From Candidatus Kerfeldbacteria bacterium CG_4_10_14_0_8_um_filter_42_10 (GTDB lineage Bacteria > Patescibacteriota > Patescibacteriia > UM-FILTER-42-10): a DNA stretch of 64,000 nt. The notes below the pieces were generated by a model. That model did not search any database and had not been told where the DNA came from. It saw nothing but the letters and a program-made list of their open reading frames with translations. Within the stretch, counting starts at the first letter, position 1; each line of letters starts with the position of its first letter. The translations under genes were made by a program, and so were the position numbers. Where the stretch lies: assembly GCA_002784945.1 (NCBI GenBank), contig PFMD01000002.1:10477-74476 (forward strand), in the 5' to 3' direction. This document shows positions 39,258 to 48,320 of the stretch, piece by piece.

Positions 39258-40382
39258 ATGGAAAGTAAAAAAAGAAAGAAACCTATTTATGTTACCAGAC
39301 CGGCTATGCCGCCTTTGGAAGAGTTTACCGAATATCTTAAAAAAATTTGGGAAAATAGAACAATTACGAATAACGGCCCTTTTCATCAACAGTTTGAAAA
39401 AGAATTGGCGGAATACTTAGGAGTTAAGTACATTTCTCTTTTTGCTAATGGAACACTGGCGCTTATGACGGCGCTCCAAACTTTGCGCATTACCGGTGAA
39501 GTTATTACCACGCCCTTTAGTTTTGTCGCCACCACCCATGCTTTGTGGTGGAACAATATAAAACCGGTCTTTGCTGACATCGAGCCGGATTATTTTGGCC
39601 TTGATCCGGAAAAGGTGGAATCAGCAATTACCGCTCAAACCACTGCCATTCTTCCGGTACATATTTATGGCTATCCTTGCCAGGTTGATCGCCTGCAAGA
39701 AATAGCCGATACTCACAATCTAAAGCTGATCTATGATGCCGCTCATGCCTTTGGCGTGAAAATTAAGGAAAATTCCATTTTAAACTATGGCGATCTATCT
39801 GTGCTTAGCTTTCACGCTACTAAAGCGTTTAATACTATTGAAGGTGGCGCCATTGTTTGTCATGATAAAAAAATCAAAAATCGCATCGATTTCTTAAAAA
39901 ATTTTGGATTTGTCGATGAAACAATAATAATTGAACCGGGCATTAATGCCAAAATGAACGAGGTGCAGGCGGCCTACGGATTATTACAGCTAAAATATAT
40001 CGATGAATATATCACTAAACGCAAGGCGGTGGCCGAAATTTATCGGGAGAAATTATATGGCATCAAGGGTATTCATTATCTTAATGACCTTGATGGCGTA
40101 CACCATAACTATCCCTACTTCCCTATTTTAATTGATGCGCGAGAGTACGGTAAAACAAGGGATTATGTCTATGAGGAATTAAAAAAGCATAATATTTTTA
40201 GCAGGCGATATTTTTATCCTTTGATCAGCCAACTGCCAATGTATAAGAAGTTGCTTTCTGCTGCGACCAAAAACCTGCCGATCGCTGAAAGAGTGGCAAA
40301 AGAAGTACTGTGCTTACCTCTGTATCATGATTTATCAAAAAAGGAGGTCACGGAAATATGTGGCCATATCCAAAAGCACTAA
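39258..40382 (+). CDS. vioA: DegT/DnrJ aminotransferase, VioA-like (dTDP-4-amino-4,6-dideoxyglucose synthase)
   Basis: IYVTRP.MP, TNNGP, NGT.AL, YDAAHAFG, SFHATK.F...EGG, G.NAKMNE, RRYFYP. Confidence 0.85.
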   Translation: MESKKRKKPIYVTRPAMPPLEEFTEYLKKIWENRTITNNGPFHQQFEKELAEYLGVKYISLFANGTLALMTALQTLRITGEVITTPFSFVATTHALWWNNIKPVFADIEPDYFGLDPEKVESAITAQTTAILPVHIYGYPCQVDRLQEIADTHNLKLIYDAAHAFGVKIKENSILNYGDLSVLSFHATKAFNTIEGGAIVCHDKKIKNRIDFLKNFGFVDETIIIEPGINAKMNEVQAAYGLLQLKYIDEYITKRKAVAEIYREKLYGIKGIHYLNDLDGVHHNYPYFPILIDAREYGKTRDYVYEELKKHNIFSRRYFYPLISQLPMYKKLLSAATKNLPIAERVAKEVLCLPLYHDLSKKEVTEICGHIQKH

Positions 40383-40415
40383 AGTAAGAAATTACCCAAA
40401 ATACCACTATCGAAT

Positions 40416-41213
40416 ATGAGATATATAAAAAAGGCGTTTCGCCTTCTAATAAAAACAGCTGAACGTTTTTTTTACCGAGGGGGCAATAAAAGAAAATGTT
40501 ATGTGTGCCAGAGAACGTTCCGACGCTTTACCAAGTACCGGGGAGGATTTACCAAGACATCCAGGCTTGTGAAAATGCTAGTAATGGTTGGGAGCGGCCG
40601 GAGAAGAGATTTTGGCTGCGTTTATTGCACATCCTACGATCGGGAAAGGCATCTTTTTATGTACTTCGACAAATTGGCGGTATGGAATAAAATGAAAAAT
40701 GCCAGAATACTCCACTTTGCTCCGGAAAGGAATTTAGCGGTTAAAATTAGTGAGCAAAAGCCGCTGGAATATGTCAAAGCGGATTTTAATCCCAGGCAAG
40801 AAAGTATAAAAAAAGTTAATATTACCCAAATCCCCTATAATGATGAGACTTTTGATTTTGTAATTTGTAATCACGTTCTAGAACATGTCCCGGATTATTT
40901 AAAGGCTTTGCGAGAGATCCATCGTGTATTAAGAAAAAATGGTACGGCAATTTTACAATCTCCTTATTCTAAATTAATTGATTACCATTTTGAAATAAAA
41001 AACATTACCACGAATGCCCAAAGAGCTTACTTGTATGGGCAAGAGGATCACGTTCGGATATTCAGTGAAAAACATTATTTTAACGATTTACAAAAAATTG
41101 GATTTATTCTACGAGTATTTAAAAATGATCAATTTTTTAGTGCTGAAGAATCGTACTATTATGGAATTAATGAGAAAGAAGATTTGGTAATGGTCAGTAA
41201 GCCCGCAAACTGA
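40416..41213 (+). CDS. SAM-dependent methyltransferase with N-terminal CxxC...CxxC
   Basis: CYVC..CVYC, RERH, LHFAPE, CNHVLEHV, GQEDHVR. Confidence 0.8.
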   Translation: MRYIKKAFRLLIKTAERFFYRGGNKRKCYVCQRTFRRFTKYRGGFTKTSRLVKMLVMVGSGRRRDFGCVYCTSYDRERHLFMYFDKLAVWNKMKNARILHFAPERNLAVKISEQKPLEYVKADFNPRQESIKKVNITQIPYNDETFDFVICNHVLEHVPDYLKALREIHRVLRKNGTAILQSPYSKLIDYHFEIKNITTNAQRAYLYGQEDHVRIFSEKHYFNDLQKIGFILRVFKNDQFFSAEESYYYGINEKEDLVMVSKPAN

Positions 41214-41284
41214 AATATATTTAGGTACTTCTCTCGATAATCACGCAAGTTAATACAAAAGCCAATAATATAATAGAATACGCC

Positions 41285-41989
41285 ATGAAGCTTGGAATTA
41301 TGCAGCCTTATTTTTTTCCCTATATCGGGTATTTTCAATTAATGAATGCCACCGATGAATTTGTGCTTTATGACAATATTGAATATACAAAAAAGGGCTG
41401 GATTAATAGAAATAGGATTTTAGTCAACGGAAAAGATGCGTATATTACCCTCCCCCTAAAAAAGGATTCCGATTATCTGGAGGTAAAGGATAGACATTTA
41501 GCTGATACCTGGCCTTCGGAAAGAAAAAAAATGTTGAATAGGATAACGGGATCCTACCAGAAATCGCCATATTTTAATTCCATTTATCCGATAATTGAAA
41601 AAGTCATTATATTCGAAGAGACCAATCTGTTTAAATTCATTCTAAATTCATTAAATCAAGTAAAAGAATACTTGGAAATTAGAACGCCTTTGGTAATATC
41701 ATCTACTATCCCGATCGAGCATGAATTGAAGGCGGAAAAAAAAGTTATCGCGTTATGTAAAAGCAGAAAGGCTGATACTTATATTAATCCGATTGGCGGA
41801 TTAGAGCTTTATGACAAGGAAAATTTTAAAGAGGTTGGCATAGATTTACATTTCATTAAAACAAATGATTTTAAATATAAACAATTTGGTAATGACTTTG
41901 TCCCTTTTTTATCAATAATTGATGTTATGATGTTTAATTCAAAGGAGGAAATAAAAGATTATTTAAATAAGCAATATTCCCTAATATAA
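41285..41989 (+). CDS. wbqC: WbqC-family protein (putative glycyl/aminoacyl transferase)
   Basis: IMQPYFFPYIGYFQL, YD..Y.K.GWINRNRI, YINPIGG..LY, LSIID. Confidence 0.9.
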   Translation: MKLGIMQPYFFPYIGYFQLMNATDEFVLYDNIEYTKKGWINRNRILVNGKDAYITLPLKKDSDYLEVKDRHLADTWPSERKKMLNRITGSYQKSPYFNSIYPIIEKVIIFEETNLFKFILNSLNQVKEYLEIRTPLVISSTIPIEHELKAEKKVIALCKSRKADTYINPIGGLELYDKENFKEVGIDLHFIKTNDFKYKQFGNDFVPFLSIIDVMMFNSKEEIKDYLNKQYSLI

Positions 41990-42015
41990 GGAGAAGCTTA
42001 AGGAAAATAGATAAA

Positions 42016-42978
42016 ATGTTCAAATGGAAAAAGCTTGGAAGAATTTTTAACCCTCTGGAAATAAGGGATATTGAGTGGATGAAGGAATTTGCTCAAGCGC
42101 CCTCTGTTTTAATATTTGATAAATTTATCAGAGTTTATTTTTCCTGCCGACCGCTACCGGATGAAAATGGACAATATGTAAGCTACGCTGGGTATGTAGA
42201 TTTAAATAGATCGAATTTGTCTGAAATTGTAAACATATCTAAAAACCCAGTTCTAAAATTAGGAGAGCCGGGTACGTTCGACGAATTCGGTACATATCCC
42301 ACTTCGGTAATAAAAAATGGCAACGACATACTTGCTTATTACGGCGGTTGGACCAGGTGTGAATCAGTTCCTTTTAATGTCGCGATTGGCCTTGCCGTAA
42401 GCCAGGACAATGGAACGACTTTTAATAAAGTTGGTCCTGGCCCGATTCTATCTTATAGTCCAGAAGAACCATTTGTTTTAAGCGGACCAAAAATCAGAAA
42501 ATTTAATGATCTTTGGTATCTGTATTATATCTCCGGCAGAAAATGGATTATGGCGGATGGCCGGGCAGAGCCTGTTTATAAAATCCGAATGGCTACTTCA
42601 TCCGACGGAAAAAATTGGATAAAAATTAATAAGGATTTAATTGATAGCAAGGTGGAAGAAGATGAGGCTCAGGCCAGCCCGGATGTTTTCTTTTACCAAG
42701 AAAGGTATCATATGTTTTTTTGTTATCGCTACAGCACATCCTTTAGAAGCAAAGAAAAAGGTTACCGCATTGGCTACGCTTATTCTAAGGATCTGATAAA
42801 TTGGATTAGAGATGATACCAAGGTGGGTATGGATGTTTCAGAGGAAGGCTGGGATTCTGAAATGCTCGCCTACCCCCATGTTTTTGAAATTGATAACAGT
42901 ATTTATATGCTTTATCTTGGAAACCAGGTTGGTCGACATGGATTTGGATTAGCTAAACTTGAAAGTTATAAACCTTAG
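42016..42978 (+). CDS. Cytoplasmic five-bladed beta-propeller glycosidase-like protein, paralog 1
   Basis: WKKLG, G.FDE.G, GLA.S.D.G.TF, S.DG..W Asp-box-like repeats, YPHVF; no signal peptide. Confidence 0.75.
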   Translation: MFKWKKLGRIFNPLEIRDIEWMKEFAQAPSVLIFDKFIRVYFSCRPLPDENGQYVSYAGYVDLNRSNLSEIVNISKNPVLKLGEPGTFDEFGTYPTSVIKNGNDILAYYGGWTRCESVPFNVAIGLAVSQDNGTTFNKVGPGPILSYSPEEPFVLSGPKIRKFNDLWYLYYISGRKWIMADGRAEPVYKIRMATSSDGKNWIKINKDLIDSKVEEDEAQASPDVFFYQERYHMFFCYRYSTSFRSKEKGYRIGYAYSKDLINWIRDDTKVGMDVSEEGWDSEMLAYPHVFEIDNSIYMLYLGNQVGRHGFGLAKLESYKP

Positions 42979-42984
42979 AATTTT

Positions 42985-43938
42985 ATGAACTGGAAAAAAT
43001 TAGGAAGAATATTTGATCCAACGAAATACAAATTAGTGAATAATTGCATGGAATTCGCTCAATCCCCCCAGGCATTGGTTTTTGATGACTTTGTTAGAAT
43101 TTATTTTTCCACCAGGCAAAAAGATAAAAACGGAAAATACTTAAGCCATATTTCGTTTATTGATATTGACAAAAATTTTGAAAATATAATCAATGTCTCT
43201 TCTAAAACCGTTATTGAATTAGGCGATTTAGGTTGTTTCGATGAACATGGAATTTTTCCATTAAATATCGTAAGAGACAAAGACAAAGTATTAGGATACA
43301 TTGGCGGATGGAGCAGAAGAGTATCAGTATCAGTGGAAACTTCAATCGGCTTAGCTATTAGTAGTGATAATGGTTTGACTTTTAAAAGAATCGGAGCGGG
43401 CCCGGTCTTGTCTTCTTCTTTGTATGAACCTTTTCTGGTAGGAGATCCTTTCGTCGCTATTTACGGCAACATCTACCATATGTGGTATATTTACGGTACA
43501 AAATGGATAATTTCTAAAACGAATTCCACTCCAGAACGCGTTTATAAAATCGGACATGCAACGTCTAAAGACGGCGTTGCTTGGCAAAAAGACGGTCGGC
43601 GGATAATCAGCAACAAACTAAACCCTGATGAGTGCCAAGCCCTTCCAACTGTTATAAAGTTTGATAACAGATATCACATGTTTTTTTGTTATCGTCAAGC
43701 AACTGATTTTAGAAAAAACAGGGATCGGGGTTATCGAATCGGGTATGCTTTTTCAGAGGATTTAAATAATTGGATCAGAGATGATGATAATGCCGGAATT
43801 GACGTATCAACAAACGATTGGGATTCAGACATGCTTTGCTATCCTCATGTTTTTCATTGTGACAGTAAAATCTATATGTTATATAATGGCAATGAATTCG
43901 GGCGCTACGGATTCGGCCTGGCTGTTCTGAAAAGCTAA
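42985..43938 (+). CDS. Cytoplasmic five-bladed beta-propeller glycosidase-like protein, paralog 2
   Basis: Alignable end to end with the upstream ORF (WKKLGRIF, EFAQ.P, YHMFFCYR, GYRIGYA.S.DL.NWIRDD). Confidence 0.75.
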   Translation: MNWKKLGRIFDPTKYKLVNNCMEFAQSPQALVFDDFVRIYFSTRQKDKNGKYLSHISFIDIDKNFENIINVSSKTVIELGDLGCFDEHGIFPLNIVRDKDKVLGYIGGWSRRVSVSVETSIGLAISSDNGLTFKRIGAGPVLSSSLYEPFLVGDPFVAIYGNIYHMWYIYGTKWIISKTNSTPERVYKIGHATSKDGVAWQKDGRRIISNKLNPDECQALPTVIKFDNRYHMFFCYRQATDFRKNRDRGYRIGYAFSEDLNNWIRDDDNAGIDVSTNDWDSDMLCYPHVFHCDSKIYMLYNGNEFGRYGFGLAVLKS

Positions 43939-43967
43939 GCAAGCCATTAGATTATTCATTTTTTAAT

Positions 43968-44711
43968 ATGAGCACAAAACGAGACTACAACAAAGAGATA
44001 AAAGACACAAAAAATCATAAATATTCTTACAAATTTGACTTTGACGTGATGCACCCATACATGCTGAAGTCTTTTATTCCTTTTTTTGTCAAAGGCAATC
44101 TGCTGGAGCTTGGCAGCTTTAAAGGAGATTTTACCCAAAGGCTCCTCCCCTACTTCACGGACATCACCGCAGTTGAAGCATCAGATGAAGCGATCGTGGA
44201 GGCAAGAAAACGCTTGGGTGATAAAGTAAAATTCATCAACGCGCTATTTGAAACTGTCGAATTACCCACAAAATACGATAATATTGTTCTGACGCACGTG
44301 CTTGAGCATATCGATGACCGAATAGGATTATTAAAAAAAATTAACGATGAATGGTTATCGGACCAGGGCAGATTCTTTTTGGTTTGCCCAAACGCTAATG
44401 CCCCTTCACGACAGATCGCGGTAAAAATGGGTCTAATTAGTCATACTACCGCCATAACAGCGGATGAAGCAAAGCATGGGCATAAAATTACCTATACCTT
44501 AGACAAGTTGGGACAAGATGCTAAAACTGCAGGATTAAAGGTTGTCCATCGCTCGGGAATTTTCTTCAAGGCCTTAGCTAATTTTCAATGGGACAGATTA
44601 TTAGCTAACGACATTATTTCTAAGGAATACTTGGATGGCTGCTATCAATTAGGAAAACAATATCCTGATTTATGCTCAAGCATATTTCTGGTGTGCGAAA
44701 AAGGAAAGTAG
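43968..44711 (+). CDS. Class I SAM methyltransferase
   Basis: LLELGS..G, VEAS, LTHVLEH, CPNA. Confidence 0.88.
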   Translation: MSTKRDYNKEIKDTKNHKYSYKFDFDVMHPYMLKSFIPFFVKGNLLELGSFKGDFTQRLLPYFTDITAVEASDEAIVEARKRLGDKVKFINALFETVELPTKYDNIVLTHVLEHIDDRIGLLKKINDEWLSDQGRFFLVCPNANAPSRQIAVKMGLISHTTAITADEAKHGHKITYTLDKLGQDAKTAGLKVVHRSGIFFKALANFQWDRLLANDIISKEYLDGCYQLGKQYPDLCSSIFLVCEKGK

Positions 44712-44782
44712 AGAATATTTTTAGCCTTGGCTTTTTGACTTGGTGCTCAAAATTTATGTAAAGATTTTTTTACAACATTAAT

Positions 44783-45235
44783 ATGGACATCTCAAATTTA
44801 GAATACAAATCAAAAACTGCTACTGAAGCAGAAATATATACCCATCTAAAAGAATGTGACGATAATTTTATTCCACCATTATCTGAAAAAGTTGATGTTC
44901 AGGAATATTCAAAAAAATTATATGGTAAATCCGTAACATTTGAAGCATGGTCTAAAAACATTCTAGCAGGATTAGTAGCAGCCTACTTTAATGATCCTAA
45001 AAACCAAACAGGATATATTACTAACGTAAGCCTTATTAAGGACTACTCCGGCAGAGGTATTGCCTCGAGGCTAATCGAAGATTGTATCCAGTATGCCAAA
45101 CAAAACAAATTCAGAGAGATTAGATTAGAGGTAAACAAAGACAACGGTCCGGCAATTCATCTGTACAAAAAATATGGCTTTATTGAATACGAAAAAAATG
45201 ATAATTCCCTATTTATGATGTTTAAAGTAAGTTAA
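44783..45235 (+). CDS. GNAT N-acetyltransferase
   Basis: YITNVS...YSGRGIA, LEV..N..AI.LY.KYGF. Confidence 0.9.
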   Translation: MDISNLEYKSKTATEAEIYTHLKECDDNFIPPLSEKVDVQEYSKKLYGKSVTFEAWSKNILAGLVAAYFNDPKNQTGYITNVSLIKDYSGRGIASRLIEDCIQYAKQNKFREIRLEVNKDNGPAIHLYKKYGFIEYEKNDNSLFMMFKVS

Positions 45236-45374
45236 TTAAAGCAGTAAAACATTCTAGTAAGTTATTGCTTGTATTAATATAACTATTAACCTTATATCCA
45301 AAGTTTAAAAATCACTTGAAGCGGAGAACTTCATTTTATGCGGAGTAAGTTATTGTGATGATTCGAATTCAAAT

Positions 45375-46517
45375 ATGAAAAATAATAAAGTAGTTACGGT
45401 AACTCATATACATTCTAACCTAAATTTTATTTATGGAACAAGTTTTTTTGACGGACCTTTATTTAATAACAAGATTATATTTATTGGTGACAAAAATTCG
45501 TATGACGGCATATATAAAGACAAGGCTTTGTTTTTTAAATGCGGAAGGAGTAGCGTAAGGAAAATTATAAAATTGTGTTCCAGTTCTGATTTAGTGGTTT
45601 TTTACAATTTAGATACTATAAAATCCGTAATTGCCAATAGATTACCACAGCATATTAAGCTTGCCTGGCGTTTTTTTGGTTACGAGCTATATGACAGACG
45701 AATCGAATACTATCAGAGTGATTTGACAAAAAAATATTGCGAACTTGATTTGCTTGAAAAAACAAGAAGGATAATTGAAAAACAGGCAAAGGGAATAAAG
45801 CATTTAATGATCTGGCATTCGCTATATAAAATGGAGTTTTTTCGAGCAATGAAAAAAATTGATTTTATCATAGGTCTGAGTAAACTTGAACATGAACAAT
45901 TAAAATCATTTTGGAGTGAATTACCAAATTTTGTTCAATCTCCGTTCGATTTGCTAGAAAATGCTCCCCCGATTGATATTTCGAAAAAAGAGGATTTAAT
46001 ATTACTTGGAAACAGCATGAGTCCTTATAATAATCATTTTGATATAGTGGGAATAATTGAGCAGCAATTTCCAATGACTGATTACAAATTTATTTTACCA
46101 TTCAGTTATGCCGGTAAAAATAAGTATTCCAAAATACTGAGAAATCGGATTTCTAATAATCCAAAATTTGTTTTAATTGAAAATTTTGTCAGTTTTAATG
46201 AATACGCATTGCTTTTTAGTAAGGTAAGGGCTGCTGTTTATAATTGCTATAGGCAAATGGGTATGGGGAACATACTCCTTGCTTTAAATAGTGGCGTCAA
46301 GGTATACCTAAATAAAAGAAATGTCATGTTGCAATCGTTGATGGACTATGGATTTCTTGTTTTCTCGATTGATGAATTCAAAAATGATTTTAAACAAAAT
46401 GAATTACAGCTATCATATGCAGAAGCTATTCACAATCGGGGCGTCTACGAACAAATATTAAATAATTACAACAAAAATGAATTCCAAAAAATTATTTACG
46501 ATCATACCGTTAATTAA
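45375..46517 (+). CDS. WecF/GT56-like 4-amino-6-deoxyhexose transferase
   Basis: ILLGNS.S..NNH, PFSY, F.EY, RQMGMGNI..AL..GVKVYL. Confidence 0.75.
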   Translation: MKNNKVVTVTHIHSNLNFIYGTSFFDGPLFNNKIIFIGDKNSYDGIYKDKALFFKCGRSSVRKIIKLCSSSDLVVFYNLDTIKSVIANRLPQHIKLAWRFFGYELYDRRIEYYQSDLTKKYCELDLLEKTRRIIEKQAKGIKHLMIWHSLYKMEFFRAMKKIDFIIGLSKLEHEQLKSFWSELPNFVQSPFDLLENAPPIDISKKEDLILLGNSMSPYNNHFDIVGIIEQQFPMTDYKFILPFSYAGKNKYSKILRNRISNNPKFVLIENFVSFNEYALLFSKVRAAVYNCYRQMGMGNILLALNSGVKVYLNKRNVMLQSLMDYGFLVFSIDEFKNDFKQNELQLSYAEAIHNRGVYEQILNNYNKNEFQKIIYDHTVN

Positions 46518-46534
46518 TATAATACCTATTTATT

Positions 46535-47218
46535 ATGAGTAAGATTATAAAAAAAATATTATTCCGGGCTTCCTGTATAAACCCAATCTACTTTTTGAAA
46601 AAAATATTGCAACGACATTGGGAAAAATATGACAAAAAAATTCCCAAATATGAACTAAGTGAAAAGAATCTTGTCAATCTAAAAGCCTTATTGAATAGAG
46701 AACAATTGCTTCGCCTGCTTCCTAAAAACGGGATTGTAGCTGAAATTGGAGTAGACAAAGGTGAATTTTCTGAAAAAATACTAAATATTACCATGCCCCA
46801 AAAGTTATATTTAATTGACAACTGGGGAAGCAAAAGATACCATCAACAATTACGTAAAATGGTAGAAAACAAATTTAAAGAGGAAATAAAAAAAGGGAGA
46901 GTGGAAATTAAAGTTGGATTATCAACAGAAATGTTTAATAATTTTGAGGACAATTATTTTGATTGGATTTATATTGACACATCACATTCTTACCAAACAA
47001 CAAAAATCGAATTGGAAAAATATAGTCGAAAGGTTAAACCCGGTGGAATGATAACAGGACACGATTTTATTATGGGAAATTGGAATCAAATGATAAGGTA
47101 TGGAGTAATTGATGCGGTATATGAATTTTGCGTGAATAATAATTGGGAACTGGTTTATCTAACGATGGATAATAAAGAATCTCCTAGTTTCGGAATTAGA
47201 AGAGTTTCGGTTAATTAA
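46535..47218 (+). CDS. Methyltransferase (Methyltransf_24-like)
   Basis: AEIGV..G.FS, ID.W, DWIYID..H.Y, K.GG.I.GHD. Confidence 0.85.
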   Translation: MSKIIKKILFRASCINPIYFLKKILQRHWEKYDKKIPKYELSEKNLVNLKALLNREQLLRLLPKNGIVAEIGVDKGEFSEKILNITMPQKLYLIDNWGSKRYHQQLRKMVENKFKEEIKKGRVEIKVGLSTEMFNNFEDNYFDWIYIDTSHSYQTTKIELEKYSRKVKPGGMITGHDFIMGNWNQMIRYGVIDAVYEFCVNNNWELVYLTMDNKESPSFGIRRVSVN

Positions 47219-47290
47219 CATAAAAGGCTTAACACAATCTATTATGAATATTTTGTTTTAAAATTTAGCATTAATAATTTTAAGTAAATA

Positions 47291-48301
47291 ATGAACTCGC
47301 CAACCATTTCAGTCATCATGGCCGTATATAATGCCGAACCCTACCTTCATGAAAGTATCCAAAGTATTTTAACTCAAACATTTGATAATTTTGAGTTTTT
47401 TATTGTTGATGATTGTTCTACAGACGCTTCTCGAAAGATAATAACAGATTATGCGCAGAAGGATGCACGGATTAAATTACTATTTAATAAAGAAAGAAGT
47501 TATCCTGCAAAAACCAGAAACTTCGCCCTGCAGCAGTCAAAAGGGAAATATATTGCAATATTGGATGCAGATGATGCCGCGCTGCCGGAAAGATTAGAGC
47601 GACAGATAGAATATTTAGAGAACAACCTCGATATTTTTCTTCTGGGAACAGAAGCGACATTCCTTAACAGTTCTGGGAATGTTCTTAAGAAATCAAAGCC
47701 GCCCCGCGATTCGTTAACAATCGAGAAAACACTGCCATTGCGGAACTGTATCCTTCACTCGACCGTAATGTATCGCAATGAAGAAGGAATACGGTATCGA
47801 GAAAAATTAATTTTTTCGCATGACTATGATCTTTTTTTGCTGCTCCTGTCAAAAAAAAAGAAAATGATGAATCTTGATAAGGTGTTGGTAAAAAGGAGAT
47901 TGGCACCAAATTCAGTTGGTGAAACAAAAACCATTAAACAAGCGCTTTTTATGGAAAAAGCTAGGGAATTTTATCAACAGCGTGTAAGATATGGCCATGA
48001 TCACTATGATTCCTTTTCACCGACATCCATTATGGATATGGACGAAACTGCTTTATCTCGTGACCCTCGATTACTGAAGATAATGATCTACGACGCGTTG
48101 AAAAAGCGAAAAAAGCCCGAATTGAATTCATATTCAAGGAAATATCTAGCCGATCAAGGATATTTTAACCGCTATTTGTTTTTCTATCTATTCTCTTACT
48201 TGCCAAGATCTTTTATAAACGTTGCTGTTGAAACTGAAAGATTAATAAAAACGAAATGTACTTTTTTCCATAAAATCACAAAGGAACTATTTCGCCGATG
48301 A
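47291..48301 (+). CDS. GT2 glycosyltransferase
   Basis: SVIMAVYN, DD.STD, RN, LDADD, HDYDL. Confidence 0.92.
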   Translation: MNSPTISVIMAVYNAEPYLHESIQSILTQTFDNFEFFIVDDCSTDASRKIITDYAQKDARIKLLFNKERSYPAKTRNFALQQSKGKYIAILDADDAALPERLERQIEYLENNLDIFLLGTEATFLNSSGNVLKKSKPPRDSLTIEKTLPLRNCILHSTVMYRNEEGIRYREKLIFSHDYDLFLLLLSKKKKMMNLDKVLVKRRLAPNSVGETKTIKQALFMEKAREFYQQRVRYGHDHYDSFSPTSIMDMDETALSRDPRLLKIMIYDALKKRKKPELNSYSRKYLADQGYFNRYLFFYLFSYLPRSFINVAVETERLIKTKCTFFHKITKELFRR

Positions 48302-48320
48302 TTATCGTTTTTAAGTTGCG

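Noticed and set aside
42016-43938. Paralog pair or the 17118-17303 repeat as DGR template/variable repeats
   Set aside because: No reverse transcriptase in the window and the differences are not adenine-specific (the 51-bp repeat differs by C/T)
35587-47218. Methyltransferases as DNA restriction-modification or defence enzymes
   Set aside because: No DPPY/NPPY or PCQ motifs and no nuclease partner; they are small-molecule/glycan-type enzymes within a glycan operon
47851-47859. A9 homopolymer in a GT2 as a phase-variation tract
   Set aside because: In-frame Lys codons; A/T runs of this length are common in this AT-rich window
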